This document shows positions 25,890-38,132 of a DNA stretch of 64,000 nt, in pieces. Source of the DNA: Gracilinanus agilis (taxonomy: Eukaryota). Location of the stretch: NCBI RefSeq assembly GCF_016433145.1, contig NC_058130.1, forward strand, positions 729,318,586 to 729,382,585. The letters are read 5' to 3'. The notes beneath the pieces are model-generated. The model saw only the letters and a program-made list of their open reading frames with translations. It did no database searches and had not been told where the DNA came from. The position numbers and the translations under genes were made by a program. Position 1 is the stretch's first letter. Every line of letters starts with the position of its first letter.

Positions 25890-27840
25890 GAAATTCCATC
25901 TAAAATAACTCTAGACAATATAAAATACCTGGGAATTACAAAACACTTCACACAAGATTTAAATCAGATTTAAATAATTGGAAAAATATTATGGGTAGGA
26001 ATTGGAAAATGGGTAGGCCAAGCTAATATAATAAAAATGACAATTCTACCTAAATTAATTTATTTATTCAGTGCCATTCCAGTCAAACTACCAAATAATT
26101 ATTTTATGGAACTAAAAAAAAATTCATCTGGAAGAACAAAAGGTCAAGAATATCAAGGGAATTAATTTTTTTTAATGTGAAGGAAGGTTCCTAGCAGTAC
26201 CAGATCTCAAATTGTCCTATAAACCAATAATCATCAAAATAGCCTGGTACTGGCTAAGAAATAGAATGGTATGTAAATGGAATGTTCGGTTAGATACACA
26301 ATATAAAGATGTAAAATGAGTAACTTTGATTATATTAAATTTAAAAACTTTTGTACAAATAAAACCAATGTAAGCAAGATTAGAAGGGAAACAACAAACT
26401 GGGGAAATTTTTTATGACAAATTTCTCTGATAAAGAGCTAATTTCTCAAACCTATAGAAAAGTCATATAAGAATACAGCCATTCACCAACCAACAAATGG
26501 TCAAATGATATAAGAATGCAGTTTTCAGATGAAGAAATCAAAGCTGTCAATAATCATATAAAAATATTCTCAATCACTCATTTAGAGAAATGCAAATGAA
26601 AAAAAACACTGAAGTACCACCTAACATCTATTAGCCTGGTCAATATGACAGTAAAGGAAAGTGATAAATGTTGAAGGAATGTGGCAAAATTGGGACACCA
26701 ATTCATTTTTGGTGGAGTTGTGACCTGACTAAACCATTCTGGAGGGCAATTTGGAACTAAGGTTAAAGGGCCTTTTGATTCTATAATACCACTACTAGGT
26801 CTGTATCCAAGAGAGATAATAAAAAAGGGGAAAGGACCTATTTTTACAAAACTATAACAGCTCTGTTTGTGGCAGCAAAATATTAGAAATTGAGGCTATG
26901 TCCATCAATTGGTGTTACGATAAAAAATGATAAAGACTGATATAATAATACAAATTAGTAGTTTAATTAAAGCCATGGCCATGCTGGTAAAATCATTAGA
27001 CCACGCGCTGGTAAGAATTCAAAACTGCCGCCCCAGCCATTATTGTTACCTCCACAGCTCAGGTAGCTAAAGAGGGCTTACTTTCGGATTTCCTCTCATT
27101 TTAAACTGTTCTCTGCGTGGTGACGCAGGTGTCCCCACGCCCAAAGAACCGGAATTGGAAACCCGTTGGACCACGGGAAATGTAGTTTGATAGTTCCCAC
27201 GTGTCCATAGAAAATATATATAGTTTTAGATGGCATCTCCCAGATTCCAATTTTACAATGAGAAATGGCTGAATATAAATTGTGGTATATGACAGTGATG
27301 GAATACTATTGTACTATATGAAATGATAAGATGATTTCAGAAAAAGCTGGAAAAATCTGCATGAATTGATGCAGAGAGAAATAAGCAGACCCAGGAGAAC
27401 ACTGTACATAGTTACAGCAAAATTGTACAATGACCAACTGTGAAAACTTGGCTACTCTCAGCAATACAATGATCTGATACAATCCTGAAAGACTTATGAA
27501 AGAGAATGCTCTGTACCTCCAGAGGAAAAAACTGTTGGATTTGGCTGGATATGGATCAAAGCATACTATCTTTCCCATCATTGTATTTATGATTTTATTT
27601 TGGGGTTTTGGTTTTGTACGAGTATGTTCTTACAGTAATGACCAATATGGAAGTGTGTTTTGCATGATAATACATGTATGGCCCAGATCAAATTGCTTAC
27701 CATCTCTCAGTGGGGAGAGGGAATGGAAGAACAGAGATAGTTTGGATCTTATAATTTTGGAAACTGTATTTTGAAAATTATTATTACATGTAATTGAGAA
27801 AATGAAATAACTTTGAATTAAAAATAAAATAAAATTAGGT
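25890..27840 (+). mobile_element. L1 3' portion (ORF2 C-terminal half and 3' UTR), interrupted by an LTR
   Basis: ataaaaatgacaattctacctaaattaatttatttattcagtgccattcc and other ORF2 motifs, with an A-rich tail. Confidence 0.88.
26913..27257 (-). mobile_element. CpG-rich solo LTR (345 bp) inserted in L1
   Basis: TG...CA termini interrupting L1 ccatcaattgg|...aatggctg. On the minus strand, TTTAAAA then ATTAAA in U3-R-U5 order. Confidence 0.8.
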
Positions 27841-28364
27841 ATAAACAAAAACACATATGTGTTATATCTCCTAAGGTCAATGAAGTCTCCTTGAATATAA
27901 ACATTGTTTTTTTTTTTGTATTCTTAGTGTCTAGAAGACCCTAAAACCTAGCACATAGACCATTTTCCTTCCCTCCTACATCTTAAAGCCCTTTGTCATT
28001 GTTCCACATTTTGTTCTTCTTTGCTCTTGTTTCTTTTGAAGAAATAACTTTCAACTCCTGTACTTGATCCCTTCTCTTGGCAACTTGTTTCTGAACTCAA
28101 TCTCCCTCTGCACCCCCATTTTCTAATCTCCATGTATTTTGGCTCTCTTTTTCGGTATAGACCAAATATCCTACATCTTTAAAAAAATCCTTCATTTGAC
28201 CTCATTATCTTCTCAAACTATCATACTGTATCTCTCTTGCTTTTCATGGCCAAGCTCCCATTTAAAAAATTGTACATCACCCGATAAAATCTGGTTTCAG
28301 TCTCATCACTCATTCTAAAATACTCTCTAAAGGTTACCAATGGTCCCTTAATTGCCAAATGAGG

Positions 28365-29455
28365 TGTATGAGATATTCAGAGAAAACTAGTACCTCTAGT
28401 ATGAGGATCTGTCAAGCTCTTTTTAAAGCTGTTCATCCTTCCTTGGTGTCTTATCTGCCACCCAACTCTCACCCCTGGCTCTAAGAAACTGTGGCCTCAG
28501 ACATGTCGGTTGGTGGGAGAGGGGCATGTCTACACTAGGCATATGAAGATTTCTCCTAGTGGCAGGGAGAGATGAAAACAATGGCCACTTGAAGCCGTCC
28601 ACCAACTCCACGAAGATTCCTAGTGGGTTGGACACTCAGAAAGGGGAACCAAGGACTGGGTGAAAATGGGTTATGGGTTAAGGACTAATGGAAAGAGAAC
28701 ATAAGGCGAGAACAAAAACACACAGACACAGAAAGTTTTGGCATAAGGTAGACAGACAGCGAGTAAGCTCTGATGGTTAAGAGCTTCTCCACCAACTCAT
28801 TTCTTGTCACCTTTATTGGGATTACAACAGTATGGGGGGAAGGGGAGAGCTCAGTGGCTTGATACATTAACATTATGAGGTAATCATCATAAAATGCAAA
28901 CTGCCAAAACCAAAAACAATAGGTAGAGCTAAGATCTGGATTCAGAGCTGATATGGCCTAAGGCATCTACTGATGTTTGATACCTATGTTAATTGATCAT
29001 TGAAGAAAAAGTCAGGAGACTGAGATAATTGGCCTGTCTTCTGTGTAGCCTTAGGGAAGGGCTAGGGATTTGGCAAGGTCAATGTTCAATTTGACTCAAG
29101 ATTACAGAGATCAATCATTGACTGTATAAGAGTTAAGTTTTTGAATACTTCTTAAAATAATATCACAATTAATGTATACCTGGATTGCTACACCACTAAA
29201 GTGGCAGAAGCAGGCTCTGTGGAGTACTTAAAACTTAATTAGACTTTGAAGAAGCCAAGATCATGTACTGCATCTAAGCCATCACCAGTTCTCTTGATTT
29301 TTGTCTTGCCCCTGGACTCCAATGACTCTGGAAAAGAGAGTGAGGCTGATGACTACAATTCTGCTTTCCTTAAATCCAATTTATGCTTCAATCAAAAGAT
29401 ATTACCAGTGATGTCATTTTGGTCATTTTGGTCCTTTTCCAATACAAGGGAGAAC
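28365..29455 (+). mobile_element. RTE-derived SINE / RTE 5' UTR split by a ~600-bp insertion
   Basis: First half 28365-28600 (cccaactctcacccctggctctaagaa). Second half 29215-29455 (ctggactccaatgactctggaaaagagagtgaggctgat). Confidence 0.65.
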
Positions 29456-31571
29456 AGCCAATCAGTTTCCAAGTCCAATGGTCTTAATTCTCATGCTTCT
29501 TTATAGCATTTGATACCCTCTTCTCCTGACCACTCTCCTCTCTGGGTTTTCATAACACTGCCCTCTTCTTTACTCTTTACCTTCTTTACCTCTTCTATTT
29601 CTTTTTTTGGATCAGTATATATATTTTACCACCCCCAACCTTAGTGCTTTGTCCTAGTTCCTCTTTTCTTCTTTTTCTGTACCCTCTTTCTTAGTGTTCT
29701 CTTCAACTCCTATAAGTTTAATGATCATCTCTATACATATAACTCATACATGTATATATGCAGATATATGTATATAAGCACACATCTATTTCCGGCTTTA
29801 ATTCTTTCTTTTGATCTCTAGTTCCTCATCACTTGCTGTCTATTGGACATTTTCATTTGGCTATCCCATTGGAATCTCAATCTCAAACTTCAGTCCAAAA
29901 TAAAACCTATTATCTTCTCCATCTCCCCCTAACTGATTTCCCTCTTTCTTTTGAGGGCACATACTTACTCTTCCAGTCATTCAGGTTTGTAACCTCAATC
30001 TTGTCCTCTCCTCATTTCCACTTGTCCCACATGCTCAGTCATTTACCAATGTCTCCTCTATCTTGACATTTCTTGTTCCCATTCCCATGTAACCTGACAC
30101 ATACACTCATTAAACTACAATGTTCTCTTTTACCTCCAGGATCAAATATAAACTCGTTTCTTTGGCATTTAAGGTTCTTCACAGCTCAACTGCCCCTTAC
30201 CTACTTTATCTAGTCATATATTTTGACTTTTAACGTTTTTACTTCTGTTCTCTAACACTACTCAGTAAATAGAACAGGCATCATTCTTACTATATGGAGT
30301 AGCCAATTCCCATGAGGCATAATAACAAGTTTTCATATTATTGAATTTGTGCCCTTTGTAAAGAGTAAGTTTTTGTTTGTAAGGAGTAAGTTAGAACACA
30401 GTTTTGTTTGGTTACTACAATAAACTCTATATGTATAACGCTTATTCTTAGTAGCTTGGTACTTGTGGAGCGTGATTCACATATCTATGCCTTGAAGGGT
30501 AGCAAGAGAAACTTAAGAGAATGTGAAAATGGATGCAGTTGTTGGTAAAGATTGCAAATTAGGAATATAAATCACTTGTTTTCTGGTATAATTTCTGCAT
30601 GTTAAAATTTATTATAGATTTATAAAGATCCAGTTACTCAAACTAATTTATATTTTTCTGCCCCTTTCTAACAATGCTTTCTCTTAATTACTTTAAGAAC
30701 TTTCACTATAACAGATTTAGAAAATGCACATTCTAAAGGTCTGGTGAAAGTTTTAGTATGGAACCTTATTGTTTGGCTGGAGAAACTCAGGTTATTATAG
30801 CTAGCTTCAAATTTTTGAAGGATTGTCATATAGAAGAGAATTTAGATTTGTTCTGCTTCAATTCAACAGAAATTTATGTATTCGATGCTTTAATAAACAT
30901 TTATTTTGCAAGTTACTAGGCTAGGTGCTTAGGATATAAAGACCTTCCACCTACTTCTTGCCCCCCCCCCCAAACAATAATAAGCCCTGCCCTGAAGGAG
31001 CTTTCTTTCTGTTAAGGAACATGTTAGACAGAAGTGGACAAGATACAACATTAACACCAATAAATAAATCAATGATAATTTGAAGCAGAAGGGAATATGA
31101 ATAATTTGGGGAGATTAGGGAAAACTTCAGAGGTAGTCAAACCTGAGCTGAACCTTGAAGGATGATTAGTTCAAGGAGGGAGAGTTGGGGGAGTGCATTC
31201 CAGGCTTGTGGAAAGGACTACACAAAGGTAGAAGATAGAAGGTTGAGTTTAGCCAACAGCTAATATTATCTACTTTGTCTAAAATATAGGGAATGCACAG
31301 GGGATTGTGATATGGTATAAGGAATTATAGATTTAGAGTCAAAGGAGATGGAATCAGAACCCATCTCTACAATTTATGGTATAACTGTAGACATAGCCAG
31401 CCCTCGGTTTCTTCATCAATAAAATGAAAGAGTTGTACTAAAGGTCTTCTGAAGTCTCCTCCAATTCTAAAACTATGATCATATGACAATGTAAATGAAG
31501 GCAATAAAAGGTAACTTGAATTTTAGAGGGCCTTAAATGGCAGACTGAGGAATTTGTATTTTAATCTAAAG

Positions 31572-31764
31572 CAGTGATTCCCAAAGTGGGCGCTATTGCC
31601 CCCTGGTGGGTGCTGCAGTGATCCAGGAGTGCAGTGATGGCCACAGGTGCATTTATCTTTCCTATTAATTGCTATTAAAATTTTTAAAAAAATAATTTCC
31701 AGGGGCTAAGTAATATTTTTTTCTGGAAAGGGGGCAGTAGGCCAAAAAAGTTTGGGAACCACTG
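31572..31764. mobile_element. hAT/Charlie-type MITE
   Basis: TIRs CAGTGATTCCCAAA / TTTGGGAACCACTG (13/14). 8-bp TSD ATCTAAAG / ATATAAAG (7/8). Confidence 0.88.
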
Positions 31765-32399
31765 ATATAAAGGGAGAACAGATTTCAGAGTTCAGAGAAA
31801 GAATAATCATAATAATTGCTAATATTGAGATAATACTTTAAGAGTTAGTTTTCACATTCGAGTCTCAGAACAACCCTTCGATGACATAGTTATTACATCT
31901 ATTATCTCCATTTTATAGCTGAATGAATTAAGTCTTAGAGACTTAGAATTGCCCTTGGTCATATCTACTATGTAGTATGTTTTATTTGGGATTTAGGTCT
32001 TCCTGATTCTGAGTCCAGCACACTATACCTGGCAAACATTTTTATAGGGGAAGTTTGTCCATGGAAGGATGAGATGCTCTTAATGATGAAATTCTTTTTT
32101 TTAAATTTTATTGAAATTTTTAATTTTTATATTATGTTTCCTTGTGTTTAGCCTACCTCCTAACCTCCAAGAGATAGGAAAAATGTTTCATAAAACTAAT
32201 GCAAAAGGTAAATCTATATTATATGTAATGTTCCATATCAATTAGAGCCCTCCAGTTCTGCAGAGAAGGGAAGGAATTGCAAGAATATTCTGCATATATT
32301 AGCAGAAATGATTCATACACAGTGGAATAAGAATAGCAAACTTCTCTTTAGTAAGGTTTGGAAAGTACTTTACATATATATGCATATATAAACTTATGT

Positions 32400-33272
32400 T
32401 GCTATTGTTAGCTGGTAAAGAGATGGCTCAAGGTCCTCTGATGGTATGAGGACCCAAGCTGAGTGAGAGTGAGAGTAAGAATGCCTAAGTGAACACCAAG
32501 TTGTGGTAGTGAACACCAGGACCCCACAGAAATATTTGAAACTACACTAAACATCCAGCTCTAACACAACAGTGTCCCAGAAATAAGTGATCAGATAAGA
32601 AGCTGCTAGGTCAGATCACACAGCTTCTTTGATTGCTTCTCCTGGCTTCAAAGCTGGTGGATAACGCTATTGACTGTGACAACTTTATTTGAGCAATCCC
32701 TTTCCCTCAGATACCCAAGGATATAATCAGTGATCCTTAGGGCAATGATGACATCCACCTAAGTAAGCTATAGAATTTTAATAATAACAAATTTAGGGAA
32801 AGGGGAACAGGGTTGAAGGAAAGAGGTGTCAGGAAAGCTTGACTAAAACTACCGATGATCTGGTGTTGTCAATTAAATGTAATCAGGTTTGAGACTGTCA
32901 GCTGGAGAGGTTTGTCCTCTCTGTGCCAACCTGGCTAGGCCAGGCACCTTGGCCTGAACCAGATTGGTTGAGTATTGACATTATCTCTTCCTTGATGTTC
33001 ATTGATTGAATGTATAACACAGCTTTACACAGAAGTTGAAGGTATAGTCGCAATTGGAACAGGATGCAGGAAACCTAAGTTGATTTGGTTTGGCCTACCC
33101 AGATCCCAACCAACCTCCCCAGAAGTCCCTTCTCAGGAGTGAGAGCTTCTTGTTCCAATTTCTCTCTTTTATAGTCCTGCCAGTAACTACTCCTTGCTGG
33201 CTCATGGCAATCTAGGTTGGTTCCAAATTCTAAACTGCTGAGTGTCACTCATCCTGCTCTCCATTTTGTATA
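32400..33272 (-). mobile_element. LTR-like element flanked by a ~165-bp direct duplication
   Basis: TGTT start, TTTATT at 32684-32689 and TTTTATA at 33167-33173 (antisense polyA signal and TATA). No clear CA at the right end. Confidence 0.6.
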
Positions 33273-35323
33273 TAATGTTCCATATCTATTAGAGCCCTCC
33301 AGTTCTGCAGAGAAGGGAGGGAATTGCAAGAATATTCTGAATATATAAGCAGAAATGATTCATACACAGTGGAATAAGAATAGCAAACTTCTCTTTAGCA
33401 AGGTTTGGAAAGTACTTTACATATATATATATGCATATATATACACACATACATATTTATCTCATTTGATCTAGCATAATGACCCAGGAAAATAGATGTT
33501 ATTATTATTCCCATTTTATGGAGGAGAAAACTGAGACTGACATAGGCAGTCATTTGTACGGTGTATAGAACATAGTCAGAAAGGCTTGAATTCAAATCTA
33601 TTTTCAGATGCTTGTGAAAATAAAATGAAATATATTTGTTAGTAATTTTTTAAATTATCATTACTTGTCCAAGTATCTGTTGCAGGATTTGAATTCAGGT
33701 GTTCTGACTCCCAACCAGCTAGCTAGAAAAACAAAAGTGCCCCAAGGAGACTGATCTGGATACATAATAAACTTATGAACAAACTCAGATTTTTGAAATA
33801 TATGAACAAATAACTGAGGATAAATACAGAAGAAAGTAGCCTTATTCTATAAGAATTATGTCAGGACTACTAAAGCCTCCATTGGTATCCACAATCATGT
33901 CAGTCAGGTGCACAAGATTAAGGTACTTAGCACATTAGGTGGCACTCTGTCACACACACACTCTCAGATGAATTTACAGGAAATTATGCCCAAGATTCAC
34001 AGGATGGGCAGGTAGGGATGAGTTTCAGTCTACTTCATTAGTGGATCCCCGCATCAAAATCACAAGTCTACTGTGAGTACTGTGGTTTCTTAACCTGGGA
34101 CCTGTGAACTTGTTTTTTAAATATTTTGGTAATGTGTTTCAATATAAGTAGTTTCCTGAATAATACTGTGTGTTTTCTTTTTATGCCTTCCCAACTATTA
34201 TTCTCAGAGGGGATCCATAAGCTACACCACACTGCCAAAAACATAAAGGTCTTAACTCCTGCATGAGAGTACTAGATCTCTTGCCCTCTTTTTATCTCAT
34301 TTTCTTCATCTGTAAGAGGAAAGGGTTGAATTAGGTGAATTTAAAGGAAGGAAACAAGGTCTACTTGTAAATCACACACTGTGTCGGACCCTGAAATTCA
34401 GGAAAGCCTTAGTTTAAGCACTTTACAATTATCAACATTGCAATTACATTACTATTACAATTGCAGCTTTTTACAGTTGGGGAAATTAAGGCAGACAAAA
34501 GTTAAGTGACTTGTCCAGAGTCCTACATCTAGTAAGTGTCTGAGGCCAAATCTTCCTCATTCTCAGCCCAAAACTCTATCCCCTGGGTCTCCTAGCTCCC
34601 CTACAGGTTATGTCTTCATCTTCCTGGGATGGCAAGGAAATGAATGGCCTTTCTCACTTGAAGTTAAGATAATGGAACAATTCATGACCTTTTATATTCT
34701 AAAGAGTATGTATTTACTGTTATCTGAAAAGCAGGAGTATCCTGGAACCAGCTCCAACAAGTGAGCCAGTTATTAAATTTTCAGCAAAATCCAGAAACAC
34801 TACAAATCAAGATTTGATTTAATGTTGTATTGATTGTCTGGACTGAGGAAAGTAATGGGAAAAGTGTGAATAAAATGAGATAGAAAGAAGTTAAAGTGAA
34901 TTATGCAGGGTCACACAGTGTCTGAAGTTGAAATTTAACTTGGGTTTTCCTGATTCCTGGCCCTGTACTTTATCTCCTGGGTCATCTAGTTGTTTCTAAC
35001 ATTCATTCTGGTTCTAAGTTCTGTGATCTATTGAATCCAATATTGTCTCCACATTATGATTAGGCATCAGAGTAGTATTAAGTGGAGCTTAGTGACAGAA
35101 AACAGCCAACAGGTGAGGAGAGAAAATACAGTTGTTGATGGAGAGGAACAGTTGATGGAAAAGCTTGTCCTCTGTTTAGGGTCTCAGACTTTAAACATGT
35201 CCTGGTAAAAGACATTCTCTGTTATTTCACTCCTGGTTAGGGATCTATTAACAAGGCAAACACAGGAATTTGAGAAGTAATGGAATGAGGTGTTGCTGTT
35301 AAAGTTTTACTGGAGGCAGCTAG

Positions 35324-35492
35324 GTAACACAGTGAATAGATCACCAGACCTGGAAGATCTGGGTTCAAATCTGGCCTCAGACACTTCCTAGCTGTATGAC
35401 CCTAGGGGAAGACACTTATTAACCCTAACTGGCTAGCTCTTACTGCTCTTAGTATCAATCAAAAAGACAGAAGGATAAGGGTTTTAAAAAAA
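35324..35492 (+). mobile_element. SINE
   Basis: SINE head/core with TSD AAAGTTTTA(C/T)TGG. Confidence 0.8.
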
Positions 35493-36689
35493 AGAAAGTT
35501 TTATTGGTTCCCATTGCTTACAAGATAAAGTCCAGAATCCCCATTTAGGGATTGAGTAGGGCCATCTGCAGTTTTGTACCAGTCTACATTTGTTCCCCTA
35601 TTTTTCATTACTTCATTACAAAAATCTCTTCTTCACCATAGACTTGTCTCTTTACTTGAACCCAGAATACAGTTAGGCATTTCGACATCAGTCCTGTTGC
35701 TTAACACCATTTCCCTTAACTGGAATGTTTTAACCTTTTCCTTTCCACCTGAATCCTATCCAACAGAAGCCTTCCCTGAATCACTCTTTCCCCACCCCCC
35801 AAAAAAATCTGAATCCTTTATTATCAATGCTTTCTAATCATTTATTATTCACTAGTTCACCTTTGTATATCTTGCTTCCCAACTAGAATGTAAGTGCCTT
35901 AAGGGCCAATATTATGTCTTATATCTCTCACATCACTGTGTTTATAGTAAACATTTAACTATTTATTAAATGAATAAATAAATTTACTGAGTACAAACCT
36001 TATAACCTGGCATTCCTCCTTTCTGACTCCAGACTTTGAAGGGTTTTGGTAGAACTTTAGCCTGCATTTTCTTAAAGGGAAGGTCCTCTAGGAGTCAATC
36101 AGCTAATCCCTCTTTCACATCTCTTTCTTCTATGCTCAAGAGAACCAATTTGATAACTACTCTATATTAAAGTGAGTTTTTAAACCATAAAGAGCTGCTT
36201 AGACCCAGGAAAGTCTCTGAGGCTTGTTTTATGCCATTTTCTGTGCTTCCGGGGTAAAGATAATTAAGGGCTTTTGGGTACAGGATGTGGTGGAGTTATG
36301 GCTTATCTTCCACTAACCATACATTGAAATCAGAGAAATATAGATACCAGCTATCTCCCTTTGCAGCTTGTTTCTTTTTCAAAATCATGTTGTTTGTTAT
36401 ACACCTACTAATAATGTACACTTAGGTTTGAAGGAAGCTCATTTTCTTCTGACTATTTGCTAGATTTTAAACCTTAAACTTGATTATAGTGATAATTATT
36501 AATAATTACACTTACTGAGTTGGACCTTGTTGCTATGTTTGATGTCACATTTGCCATTCTTTAGCTATCATCAGCTATAGAGCTATCTTAAAAGGGATAA
36601 ATATATATGCACTTGTCCTGGGTACATGTTAACTACACTAGTATAAAATGGAGGAGATATGGAGAGACAGTTCTGAAAAAGAAATGTCT

Positions 36690-37240
36690 TAATAGACTGT
36701 AAAGCCAATATAGAGTTAACAGTGTAATATAGTAGCCAGAAGTGATCATGTGAACTTGGACTGCATTAAATGAGGCATAGCTTCCACAAATAGGGTAGTG
36801 ATAGCACCACTGTAATCTTCCTTCTTTGGATCTCCTCAGGAGCAATGTGTTCAGTTCCCATGGTTTAAGAAGGACAACTGATAGACTGCCCATCTGGAGA
36901 AGGTAACCAGGATGATGTAAGAGGTTTGGAAAGACTGAGAGGGTACATGAGAGCTGTGTTCACATATTCAAAGGACTGTTATGTGAAGAAGGGACTAGGC
37001 TTGTTTTATTTGGTCCTAGAATGGAAGTTATCAAGGAGCAAATTTAGGCTTAATGTGAGAAAATTCCTAACATTTCTGTCAAAGTAAAATGGGCTGCTTT
37101 GACAAGAGATGAGTTTCCCCTCCTAGGAAGTCTTTAAGCAGAGATGACCTATTGTCAAGTATGTTATAGTTGGGATTCCTTCTCTATATTAGTTGGACTA
37201 GATGACTGCTGAGGTCCCTTCCAACTTTCAATTCTATCTT
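36690..37240 (+). mobile_element. CR1/L3 3' fragment
   Basis: atgtgttcagttcccatggtttaagaaggac...aggcttaatgtgagaaaattcctaac...gaggtcccttccaact. Confidence 0.75.
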
Positions 37241-37589
37241 TTGTGGAAATGAAATTAGTGCCATGGATAAGCAAGATAAATTTCTCCATGTTTGACCTTG
37301 GAATGTCTTTGAAAAGAAAATAAATTAAGGTCAAACTTTAAGGACCTGTGTTTTCCCTTATGACCACAGTTTAAATCTGCTGTTTTCTGCAGAACATTAA
37401 TGTGTGTCTCTAGGGAACCAGGAAACTTGTACCATTTTGTATGGATTTGAAATTTCTCAAAAATTCAAAACTGGCAACACTCCTCATTGTGGAAGTTCAG
37501 CCAACTTCTGCTTTGGCAGTGGAGAATTAATGCCAAAGGAGAGATCCCTAACTTCTAACACATACTAATTATTTAATTTTATATTACAG

Positions 37590-37711
37590 ATCTCAGAAAA
37601 GGACCAAATCTTCCAGTGAATTTTAAAGGCCCTCTTTCAAGTCAACAGGCATTGTGCTTTTTCTTTGAAGAATTATAAGGAGAGGACAAAACCATAGCAG
37701 AAGAGGGGAAG
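37590..37711 (+). other. MOB3A: 5' UTR portion of the first coding exon
   Basis: Branch-point-like TACTAAT at 37563-37569, U-rich tract and CAG ending 37589. 122 nt to the ATG with no upstream ATG. Confidence 0.85.
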
Positions 37712-38132
37712 ATGTCCAACCCCTTCTTAAAGCAGGTTTTCAACAAGGACAAAACCTTTCGGCCCAAGCGCAAATTTGAACCAGGCACGCAGAGATTTGA
37801 GCTTCACAAAAAGGCCCAAGCCTCCCTGAATGCAGGGCTAGATCTGAAATTAGCAGTTCAGTTGCCTTCTGATGAGGAACTAAATGACTGGGTGGCTGTC
37901 CATGTGGTAGATTTCTTCAATCGAATCAACCTCATTTATGGAACCATCAGTGATAACTGCACCGAACAGTCATGTCCAATAATGTCTGGAGGCCCCAAGT
38001 ATGAGTATCGATGGCAGGATGAGCAAAAATACCGGAAACCAACTGCTCTCTCTGCACCCAAGTATATGAACCTTTTGATGGACTGGATTGAGGTTCAGAT
38101 CAACAATGAAGACATCTTCCCTACCAATGTTG
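37712..38132 (+). CDS. MOB3A: MOB kinase activator 3A, first coding exon (aa 1-140 plus first base of G141)
   Basis: Translates to [39 protein letters not shown]...[10 protein letters not shown]. The [15 protein letters not shown]-terminus is diagnostic of MOB3A versus MOB3B/C. ATG has A at -3. Donor TTG|GTGAGT at 38133. 421 coding nt. Confidence 0.97.
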
